In this document: positions 33,101 to 42,256 of the stretch, in pieces | Position numbering within the stretch: position 1 is the first letter of the stretch | Layout: every line of letters starts with the position of its first letter | Source of the DNA: Amoebophrya sp. A120 | Taxonomy: Eukaryota > Protista > Dinoflagellata | Length of the DNA: 64,000 bases | Reading direction: 5' to 3' | Assembly: GCA_905178155.1 (NCBI GenBank) | Contig: CAJINV010000013.1 | Span: forward strand, 300,344-364,343 | Program-made: the position numbers and the translations under genes | Notes under the pieces: generated by a model | Told to the model about the DNA's origin: nothing | The model's input: the letters and a program-made list of their open reading frames with translations, nothing else | The model's database searches: none

Positions 33101-36100
33101 TGGACCAATCGATTTTTGAACAAGTGGTGGCAGACCAACAACTTGCTTTGGCGTTGGTACAGGAAGAACAAGCGGCTGCGTTGGGACCGCTGGACATCGG
33201 CACGACCCTTACCGGTGAAACATATAATCCAGAGGCACACTTGCAGATCCTGCCAAATCCGGCTATGCAGTTCGCGCCGGCGCTTTTGCCGGGTGCTGCA
33301 TCATCTTCCTCTTCCACAGTGCAGAACCACAACGACTTTCACCACCACAATGTAAACCAACATCGGTTGAACAGGAGACGATCTATCCCACGACGACGAC
33401 GATCAAGTTCGCGTGATAGACGGAGAACTCCTCACAGGAAGTGGAGAAGAAACAATGACTATGTAGCCACCCGTCACCGGAACAACCAGTTTTACTGCCA
33501 ATTGCACGGACAGAACCGTACACACAATAGTGCAGAATGCTGGACTTTGACTGATCGCGAGAAATGCGTCGAGGTGTACGAAAACTACTGGGCTCCGCTT
33601 CGCATCTACCAGCGCGATTATGTGCAATGGGAAGAACCTGGGGACGGCGATCAATGGTTGGACGACTCCATTGTTATGGAGAATTCGTACGCACGGAGTC
33701 AGCAGCGACAAGGGCAGGAACCAGAAGAAGAAGTCCATCCTGCTACTCCCCAACAAGCCCAAGGAGATGCTGTAATGGAAGATGTGGAGATGGAAGACGC
33801 TGAAGAAAACAATCCTGCCCCGGCGGAGCCGGAGATTCAAGCGGATGATGCGGCGGAAGACGCTGGCGGAGCGGAAGGAATCGAGCAGCAAAGAAACCTG
33901 CAGACCTTAAATGGGGTGGGACAGAATTCAGCGGGCGCACGACGCGGCTCTCCCATTCCGGACTCCAGTCCTTTAGATGTAAATCGTACGCGTCGTACGT
34001 CTTCGGACATGGAGATCGATCCCCCTTCGGAAGGAAGTGGTGAGATCTTCGGAGACGGACAAAGTAATGGAGAAGAGACAGAAATCGAGTCGCCGCCTCC
34101 TTCTGCGTCTCCACCGGAAACACAGCTGGCGATCTTTGACCCGGAGGTCAGAAAGGAGAAACTGCGAGTTTGGGGATTAAACGTCAACGCTGTCCGACCG
34201 ACGACGGAAGAGATTCGGAACTTGCCAGAGTTCAAGAAAATTCTGGAAAAATACGGAACAAATAGATTTGCGCAGCTTGTCCGCTACGGCTTAGACAAGA
34301 ACATGGCTTCGTCGCCAGTGATTGGATTAGTGGATGGAGCCATCGAACAGCATCGGGAATTGGAGAATAACGGAGAAAGCGACGAGCAAATTCCCGCTGC
34401 TCCGTCTCCTGAAGATGTGGCTGCTCCTCCGCAAGAACAAGAAACTCAGGCATCAATCACGGGACAAGATGACGAAGAACAAGAATTAGAATCTCCGCGC
34501 TCGCCCGGACTGCCGCAGGATGTTGAAGCTCAAGAAGACGCAGATCAAGAATTAGCGTCTCCTGATTTGTTGCAACAAGAAATTCCCGCTGACGACGTCA
34601 CCTCGATCTTGGATGACGCCATTGGTGCAACGGCTGGACAGGCAGAAGACGTGGAAATGATGGATGACGTTCCCACGGGCGAACAAATGATTTCCGCCAT
34701 TCAGCAAGTCGATGGAGAACAAGAGCAAGAGAATGAGTCTACACCGCAAATGCAAAGAGAACGTTTTCGACTGCCGGTTTTGTCTGGACCTCCTGTATCT
34801 CCAGATCAACCTGCTGTCCCACTACCTTCTGATTTGGAAGAGCAAGAAGTAATGCCTGCCGTGGAGAATGATCAGAATCGCTGTAGTGTGGAAGTAGCTG
34901 ATGGCCACGATCATGCGGCTGGCGTGGGAGTGCAAGCGGGGCCGAGTACTACCATCGACACGGGAGCGCAGACGACGGGCAATGACCAACAGGCGCAAGT
35001 AGACGGAGAAATTGATCTTGATGCGCAGCCAGGAACTTACGACCTCGCTCCCGGATCTTACAGCGTGAACTTCAGGACTTCGGAAGAACGGTCCTGCAAT
35101 ATCCAGCGAAAGAGCAATTTGCTACTAGCAAGGCAGAGTAAAATCATCCGGAATAACATCAGAAGAGTCCAGCAGTAGTCGCAAAGAGATGGGATCGAAG
35201 AGATGTGAAAAGGAGATGACTATCTGAAGAAAGATATTGGAATTATCTTCAGACAAGAAAATAAATATCGCATCTTTATTTTTATATCAGTTGGGTAGTG
35301 CTTCTCATTCAATAGAAGAGAGTCGCTGTTTCAGAAAAGACGTCTCTTCCAGCACCACAACAATACGCGCCTGCATCTGCTGAGACGTAGGATGTTAGGT
35401 GATCCATAGATTTTAAAACTCCTCGGTAAAGTTTTTTGCTGAAGAGCAACTCATTGGAAAAATCAAAGAAGTAAAGCTGTCAAATACACATTGGCGAAGA
35501 CTGAATTGCCAATACTTGTTCTTTGACAATAAGAAGAGCACTGGGGCGCACAAGTAAGAAGACCCAAAAAAGACAGTCTAATAAAAAACCCATTCAGCTT
35601 TTTGCTTCGCACGGTTACCGGGCGCAATCTTGAATCTTTATACTTTTTTTGCTGTCGCCCCACAGCCAATTTTTTTTTTTTGTTGGAAGTTTTCGAGGAA
35701 GGCAGCACGACACTCATGCGAACAGGAAAAATCTCCCATCTCAATCAAAAACAGTAGAAGAGATTTCTGCGAAGACGACAGCGGCCCTGTTTGTCTGTCT
35801 TAACTCGACTTCTAAAACTAGTTTCTAAGTACAAAACTGAAAAAAGCAAAAAAACACTTAAAAACCAAAAACACAAAAAACAACCTTGCTTCGCACTCTC
35901 GATCAGCTCTCTGCTGATCTCCTTCTGGGTAAGGACGGGCGGAGACTTATCTCCAGTTCTTGTCTTCCACTACGTCGCGGCTTTTAAGGGGATTCGGTTT
36001 AATATGGTCTGACGTGTCGGCTTTATCGTAGGAAGACGCTTAAGTCGCACATTACCTGTTGCCAATCGTATGTCGTTGCAGACGCGCAAATAAATCGTCT

Positions 36101-36191
36101 ACGTTCGGCGAGCTCGTCCGTCATTGAGGAGAGCGCTCAGCTGCGGACTTCTCGGAATTGTTCGATGGCCAGTCTTAAGCCGATTCCGACA
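29575..36191 (+). repeat. 3' LTR (6617 bp)
   Basis: Copy of 9793-16410, followed by TSD AAAAG. Confidence 0.95.
30718..35178 (+). CDS. 3' LTR copy of the LTR protein (1486 aa; TGA/CGA difference at 35107 adds 23 aa)
   Basis: Near-identical to 10936-15327. Confidence 0.8.
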   Translation: MPPKAKAKPKAKPQVKRQPRNQGLPPGQQALPNQQEQQPQQQINNAFGQFQNPEGFFPILGPNGNLIGIQQLAPAAPAIANPGAKPKAARGRPRTSSGHKRQLKAKRQARWKEKKFGKKQPKKKGKGKRQNVLSDSSESEEENNNFLAIEDTQREGLLAIKDIPRDLLAIQDEANEYGNRSPAFIPEQEQENTGGDDNANMESINVSVTPNTGPGPDPSPPPVLILGASSSSSVSQSVAQGQASSSSSGAPRPFPLPQLRPRNQPKAKNGLISMSRINRLCAGEPPSSGSDSSGSSGSDTCTESEEDEEERARRKQQKRLNKKNNKRRKRGRSEDREEERAARRTEMEKRFWPTYGEDEEEEEEEEEEEEQVDLRGAKYGPNADLGDDLNDFEDNDDLEAGLEEGEVLEGGDYVSTVYEDAQLRVTILRRPGERWPKCLRVFWKTSKPTLTLEGYDPEKYDRFLYQKKETGFVDKAELTEWTQVIVNAIDGENRTWDYLSDSLWENDYVLDFIKYMRSRQTAATAALAPAVLDELDDLFADDKPVAPAAQNAFGEPATTDNNNSIALVTNTAQPSTTTTSAQPSPTANNTEESTFASVAVNNTTSASTSKKKETLLPTESDEENGGDDGEDGKGNKPSPSHDEESPASVSPEKLFEEIISPTEAKQNLTRFLGNSSVIVGGRTSASGSCASSAADDDHRYPPFKPGEDTDWDPSMPLPATFPTINSPAHNPDAQTETLAQNSPTLSDLDHALPDLDTTTLDYLINVTAELAEQVSEDVQTGSSQQQPPAFPVEPLDQSIFEQVVADQQLALALVQEEQAAALGPLDIGTTLTGETYNPEAHLQILPNPAMQFAPALLPGAASSSSSTVQNHNDFHHHNVNQHRLNRRRSIPRRRRSSSRDRRRTPHRKWRRNNDYVATRHRNNQFYCQLHGQNRTHNSAECWTLTDREKCVEVYENYWAPLRIYQRDYVQWEEPGDGDQWLDDSIVMENSYARSQQRQGQEPEEEVHPATPQQAQGDAVMEDVEMEDAEENNPAPAEPEIQADDAAEDAGGAEGIEQQRNLQTLNGVGQNSAGARRGSPIPDSSPLDVNRTRRTSSDMEIDPPSEGSGEIFGDGQSNGEETEIESPPPSASPPETQLAIFDPEVRKEKLRVWGLNVNAVRPTTEEIRNLPEFKKILEKYGTNRFAQLVRYGLDKNMASSPVIGLVDGAIEQHRELENNGESDEQIPAAPSPEDVAAPPQEQETQASITGQDDEEQELESPRSPGLPQDVEAQEDADQELASPDLLQQEIPADDVTSILDDAIGATAGQAEDVEMMDDVPTGEQMISAIQQVDGEQEQENESTPQMQRERFRLPVLSGPPVSPDQPAVPLPSDLEEQEVMPAVENDQNRCSVEVADGHDHAAGVGVQAGPSTTIDTGAQTTGNDQQAQVDGEIDLDAQPGTYDLAPGSYSVNFRTSEERSCNIQRKSNLLLARQSKIIRNNIRRVQQ

Positions 36192-37882
36192 AAAAGACCA
36201 CTAACAGCATGCCCATGCATTGTTTTCTAGGCGTGTGCCCGCTATCTTTTGGCAATGTTTTCCATTTTCTGCAGCTGCGTGAGCCTGCCGAATGCAGCCT
36301 GTTTGACTGCATCTGATGCGCAGGGGGCGCGCATTTCCCCCCCGGTCTACGCTGCGACGCGCAGCGCCTGAGAGTGCACCGCGTGAGTGCTTCGCGCTCG
36401 TGAGCGTGAGTGACATCGCGTCTGAGCGATGGCCGCGAGTGACATCTCGCTCGTCCTTGGCAGCAGGGAGTCATCCTGCTGAGATTTTTTCTCAGCGTTG
36501 GCTCTTCGTGGTCTTACCGTCCACGCCAACTGCAGGTACGCTTGTGCCACCCCACTGGTTGGGGTGCGATTCTAGGGTGGTCGCATCTTGTTCTGATGCG
36601 CCCTAGTTGCACTTGCGTTACAAGCCCCCCTCAGGATGAGGGGCGTTGTTTCGCGTCCTCGATTGGACGCTGCTGCCGCTTCGCAGCCTGGTTCCCCTCT
36701 GTTCTTGCGCACGATGCACCCCGCCGTGGTTCGGCGCCCGTTCGCGCCGCTGCGCGCTCGTTCCGGCCGCCGCTGGCCCGGTCGCACATGTTGGAAGCAT
36801 GTGCCTCCCCCCCTGTTGCTGGTCGATCTGCTTTTGGCTAGGTTGTCTACGATTCGTAGACAGCCTGCGCGCGCTCGCACGCGCCTCGCGTAGGATGCGA
36901 CGCCCGATGATCCGCCCGGGGAGGCGTCCTTTCCCCCGCTCTAGGCCGTCTACGATCCGTAGACGCCCTAGTGGCGCTTGGTCGCGCCACTGCTCGCGCT
37001 CGCTCGATGGCCCGCCGTTGCGGGTCCGCTGCAGCATGCGTAGGACCCATGTGTCCTGTCGGCGTTTCGGCGCAGCTCTCGAGGCAGGTCCGTCGCGTAG
37101 TGTTCCAGGACACTTCGCACCCTGCACGGGAGCGTGCGTCCCGGCCCCTCCTCGGAGGGTGGGTCGTCCGCCTTGAGGCTTGCCTCGAGAGCGGCGCCTT
37201 TTGCCTTCGCGCGTTGTTCAAGCGGCCCGTGCAGCTGCACGGCCCGCACGCCCCTCGCCACGATCTGCTGTGCTCGATCGCACGCATGCTGCGTCCTCAG
37301 CCCGGCTAGGCGCTCTCTGTCGAAGAGCCGGGTGGAGACTGTTCTGTGGCGCCGCTGTTGGCGCCCTCTCCTCCTGAGAGCTGGGTGGAGTTGGTAGTTG
37401 GCAGTTCCACCCGGCCTTCACCGATCTCGGCTGCGCTATGCACGAGACGTTCCGGTGCGGAAGTCACGCGCAGCTTCGGGTTCAGCCCGCACGGTCGGCC
37501 TGTCCTCGAGGCTCTTTGCCTGCTCTGCGGCAGTCCGCTTGAGGTCGCGTTGCGACCCTGACGACTTGGTCGTCGCCTCTTCGCGCCATAAGACTGCAGT
37601 AAAATGCAGCTGCGTGAGCCTGCCGAATGCAGCCTGTTTGACTGCATCTGATGCGCAGGGGGCGCGCATTTCCCCCCCGGTCTACGCTGCGACGCGCAGC
37701 GCCTGAGAGTGCACCGCGTGAGTGCTTCGCGCTCGTGAGCGTGAGTGACATCGCGTCTGAGCGATGGCCGCGAGTGACATCTCGCTCGTCCTTGGCAGCA
37801 GGGAGTCATCCTGCTGAGATTTTTTCTCCCACCCACCCACACCGCTTGTTCTTCGATTAGACTGACGCCACCCTCTGCTAAG

Positions 37883-39577
37883 ATGGTGAGCGAGAAGCTT
37901 CGCGCGAAGCTGAAGTCGATTGCTGAGCGCACGCTCAGCTCCTACGATGCGTTCGCCCGGGAATACGGCGCAGATCGCGCCGCCGGCGCTGCGCGGCAGG
38001 CTGCTCTCGATGGGATTCCGCTACCTGCAAGTTTCTTGCAGTGCTCCGCCACCGCTCCGGCGTGCATCGTCGGCACCAAGCCGCCGGTTTCCGAGTCCGC
38101 ACCCGCCGCTGCGGAAGTGCCCGTTGCGATGGCCATCGAGTCCGACCGCAAGCCGGAGATAAGCACTGCCGCTCAGCTTGATGCTTGGATGGAGTCGTGC
38201 AGCAGACTGCAGGAGGGACGTCAGGCGGGAGGCCCGCACGACCTGCCGCGCGGCATTCTCGCCAGCGATCGCAGTAGCAAGCCGATTTCGCACGCTGCAG
38301 GAAGCAGCAGTGCCGCTTCCAGATCAGCAGTTCTGCGACCGATGATGGGATTAGGCGACCCCACATCCATTGCAGGCGCAGCACAGTCGTCTACGCCTGG
38401 CGTTGTGCTCGCAGCACCCGCTGCCGGTAGCAGCGACACCCCGATCGCACAGCAGGTGCTCCCGGGCCGACCGATCGGCACCACACTTGCGCTGCGCAAG
38501 GTCCGCGCACTGCCGCAGCGCCGAGTACTTCCGCCTCGCGCGGCGAAGCAGGTTTTCGCACCGATACCGCGAGCGCCGGCTGCTCGCGCCAGACCCACTC
38601 CTGCCCCCGCTAGGCAGACCGACGTGGCGCGGCCACCTGCTGTCGTGAAGAACAGTGGAAAAATGCACAAGGCTCTGTGCATCCTCCGCGACCCAGCCTC
38701 GCTGCAGGCCGCCAGGGAGAAGATGGCGCAGTTCACCTGCACCAAGACCAGGCGCGCAAACGCCGACAGCGTGTTGTCGCGCTACATGAAAATGGCGCAG
38801 GAGTCGCCATGGCCGGTGGGAACGGTGAACAGCTTCCTGGACTGTATTGCGGTCAGCATGGAGGCCGACTACAACACAGTGACCCGGTCGATCACTGCCG
38901 CGATGGCAGACCCGAAGATCTGCCGCGTGACCGATGGGGAGCGCAAATGCGTTGAGGATACGCTGCGGATGCTACAGCGGAGGGGGCACGTGGACGTGCC
39001 GGCGCAGAAGGTCCCGCTGACCGCTGTGCACGCTCTGGACGCGTACCACCGAGGGTTGGTTACCCGCTCCGACCTTGCCGTTCTGCTGCTGACGTTCTTC
39101 GGCGGGCTACGCAAGAGCGAGGTGCCTCGCTTGGACCTCGAGGCAACGCAGACGAAGGGCACGATCTGGATGACCTGGGAGGACAGCGGCGATCTGAAGC
39201 TGCACTTCCGCCACAGCTGGACAAAGAGCGGGAGCCTCTACCAGGTCTCGCGGGTGCGCTGCATCTGCAAGGAGCTACCGGCGCACGGGCTGCCGGGGTA
39301 CTCGTGCATCTGCAAGCAGCGGGAGTTTCTGTGCGCGAAGGCGCGGCCGCTGCTCGACGTCCACGCCATCATGCAGAAGATGGGTTTCGCTACACAGTCG
39401 ACCCATTCTTGGCGAATTGGGTGCTGCAACTGGCTGTACCAATGCCAGACCATCCCGTTCCACCTGCTGCTGGTGCACTGCCGGTGGGCAAGTACAGACC
39501 TCATGCTGAGGTACCTGAGGGGGCTGCCGGAAACGAGTCCGCAGCACTACAGAAAGATCGCTTTTTGCAGCGGGTGA
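37883..39577 (+). CDS. Tyrosine recombinase
   Basis: FFGGLRKSE (R), HSWRIG (HxxR), HCRWAS...RY (W, Y) catalytic motifs. Confidence 0.9.
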   Translation: MVSEKLRAKLKSIAERTLSSYDAFAREYGADRAAGAARQAALDGIPLPASFLQCSATAPACIVGTKPPVSESAPAAAEVPVAMAIESDRKPEISTAAQLDAWMESCSRLQEGRQAGGPHDLPRGILASDRSSKPISHAAGSSSAASRSAVLRPMMGLGDPTSIAGAAQSSTPGVVLAAPAAGSSDTPIAQQVLPGRPIGTTLALRKVRALPQRRVLPPRAAKQVFAPIPRAPAARARPTPAPARQTDVARPPAVVKNSGKMHKALCILRDPASLQAAREKMAQFTCTKTRRANADSVLSRYMKMAQESPWPVGTVNSFLDCIAVSMEADYNTVTRSITAAMADPKICRVTDGERKCVEDTLRMLQRRGHVDVPAQKVPLTAVHALDAYHRGLVTRSDLAVLLLTFFGGLRKSEVPRLDLEATQTKGTIWMTWEDSGDLKLHFRHSWTKSGSLYQVSRVRCICKELPAHGLPGYSCICKQREFLCAKARPLLDVHAIMQKMGFATQSTHSWRIGCCNWLYQCQTIPFHLLLVHCRWASTDLMLRYLRGLPETSPQHYRKIAFCSG

Positions 39578-40097
39578 GCGAGATAGTAAGGTAGCACGCG
39601 CACCACTTTGGAAGTTCGCCCCGTCGAGCTTGACACGCTCAGACGGCTGTTTTGATTTTGGTTCCGTGTAGAATGTTGATCTACATCGCGATAGTACCTG
39701 CACGCACACACAGTTTTTCACGCACGATGTACACACATGATTCATACGAGTAGCACGGAGTCCGACTTTATGTACACAGTTCCTGCGACAGTAAGTCACA
39801 TTGCAGCGATGCCAAGGTGCGCACGATCCCACAGACAGATCTCGATCGATAGGTGCGTGCGCTACGCACCAGCCTAGACTGCGCGATCGAAGTAGCGTTG
39901 TGTTCTGCCCTCATGCGGTCGTCTGAGCTGGAGAGCCTGCGAGAGCTTGTTTTTTCTCTCTTGCTCTTCACGACTGGTTTCGTTTTTTGGACAGAGCGAC
40001 ACGCTGCGAAGGCTGCTGTAGCACGTGATGCGATTTTTGTTCATCACACCCACACCGTAGATTTCGCGTGAAAAGCAGATAGCTCCGCACTCGCAAG

Positions 40098-41191
40098 ATG
40101 GCTGATGCACACGCAGTGCCTGGCCCCGCGCCGGCTCCGGCGCCCCCCGTGATGGACCCCGCGGCGCAGGCTGGTTTCGTGCAGGCCCTTGCCGACCGGT
40201 TGCAGCCGGACTGCACGAAGACCGTCGCGAACGCCTTCGCCAACATCAAGGCCAAAAGCCTCCTGGAGATGCCGGACCAGGCTGAGTTCACAGCGGCGGC
40301 AGGATACGTACAGATGCTGTTTGTGTTACTAGCATCCTGATCCCCGTGCTGTTTTGCTTTTTAGGTGTTGACGATGATGATTTTATGGTGATGATGATGG
40401 TGGCCACATGGTGTGGGCACACGTTCATGCTCGATTCGCCACATCGCGCATTACAGGGCAACAACAAGCTGTGGCATCAGCTCTTCCAGCTCTGGGGCAA
40501 AGGGGAGACCAAGCCCGGGGTGCGGGCGGCGTTCTACGCGATGGCCTGCCAGACCAAGACCGGCACGACGGCCGTGTTGTCCGACGCCGAGCGCGACTCC
40601 TTGATCACGATGTTCACCTTGTTGGCCGATCACTACGGGAAAGAGGCCGCATTGAAAATGCTTGGCCGGGCGGGGCAAAAAGGTTTGTTCGAAGTAACGC
40701 CCGACCTCGCCGGGACGACCTACACGACGAGGGTGCGCGAGTACTTGTTGACCGACCTTGAGGACGACATTGCCAAGCAGAAGGACTCGTTCTCCATGTG
40801 GGCCGACGTCAAGGACGACCTGGCCAAGGAGCGGGCCGAGATGAAGGCCGAGATCGAGACTGAGAAGGCGCAGATCGCTGCCGAGCGCGAGAAGCTCGAG
40901 CGGGAGCGGAACCGGGAGCGCTCCCGGGGCCGCGGTGGCCGCCGCGACAACGACCGCAAGCGCGACACCGGTGCGAACAAGGGTGGGGATCGCAAGGGGG
41001 GAGGAGCGAAGCGTGTTTGCCACGATGCCCTGCGCGGGAAGCCCTGCAAAAAGACCCCTTGCCGGTTCTGGCACCCGCAGGCGGCCACGGAGTTCTCGGA
41101 GGCCATGTTCAAGGCCGAGCTCGAGGGGGCCGGCAAGCGCAACCTGGAGGGCTTGATGTACAAGGACATTTGCTTCCCGTGCGGCGCGTGA
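40098..41191 (+). CDS. Gag-like CCCH protein, 2 exons (40098-40307, 40457-41191)
   Basis: Phase-0 GT-AG intron 40308-40456 joins ...AAGY to GNNKLW...; coiled coil, RG-rich tract, CHDALRGKPCKKTPCRFWH. Confidence 0.75.
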
Positions 41192-42256
41192 GGTGGTCGC
41201 GCGATTTGTTTTGGTCGGTGCTGCTTCGGCAGCACCGTGATGATAAATGCACAGTTTCGCTACACTAACTAGTGACCTTGTACTCACGTTTCTTTTTTGT
41301 GCCTTTCAGTAGAGTGTCACGCACATAGATACGAGCGCTAAGAATGTACTTCGCACTAGCTGCTACGAAGGAGTGGAAAACTCCTCGCGCGTTTTATCTT
41401 TCGCTCCGCCTTGCGTTACAGATGTTGTTTCCGTGCTTGACATCGCGCTCGCCGTGAGTAAGATCAAGCTTCGCCTGCAGCTTCGCAGTGTGACGCCATA
41501 CGAGTTAGTGTATTGCAGTATTCCTGTATACGTTTCTACTAGTGCATAGTTCTGATGTTTCACACACATGCTGAGGTACACCCATGAGCATAGCAGAGCA
41601 GCGCTGTGATGGCACTGATTTATAAGACCATCAGCTGCAAGAAGGACGGATGTGGTCGACTGCATAGACTGATGCAGGATCTGGAGGAATGAGAGAGTGA
41701 GGGTGCTGACATATTTGAAAAAGCTTGCTTGCGCAGGCGAGAGTGTAGCACACTGTTACTTGTGCTGCAGGGGAGTGGTCCTTTCCCCCTTGTTTTCCCA
41801 GTTCCGATCTGTGTTCGCTTCGTCCACGTCGTAGCTCCCGCTTCAGGCCCTAGACATCGCTCGTTCGCATTCAGACACGACCTGAAATGGCACGCAGTGG
41901 TGCCATTCGCTGCTTTTTGTCAGGGTTTTTCGAGTGTCCCGTCGTGTCTGAAGAGGAACATCGTGAAAAGTCGCGTCTTCGAGGGTCGTATGAGAGTGGC
42001 TTTTCAGGAGTGAGGCTTGCCTACGCGCACTCGAGCGATATCGAGGCACGGGAAGGGGCTTTTGCGAGCGATCGCGCGTGTCTCCGGCGATCGCACCTGT
42101 CAAGAGATCGCAAGGAGAGAGATTTGTTGGCGCGAAGGGACTTCTGTTGAGAGATTGCGGAGCACCGACGACACTGCCGCGGCGCATTGCTTTCGTAGCA
42201 TCGTACGAGAGAGATCTATGCAGCAGTAGCACTTGTCCAGCAGTGTGGCGCGCAAG

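Larger units (their letters stand above)
9793..36191 (+). mobile_element. Full-length giant Ty1/copia LTR retrotransposon (26.4 kb)
   Basis: Direct repeats 9793-16410 and 29575-36191 (offset 19782) with TG...CA ends; 5-bp TSD AAAAG at 9788-9792 and 36192-36196; PBS; gag and pol with copia order INT-RT-RH. Confidence 0.96.
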
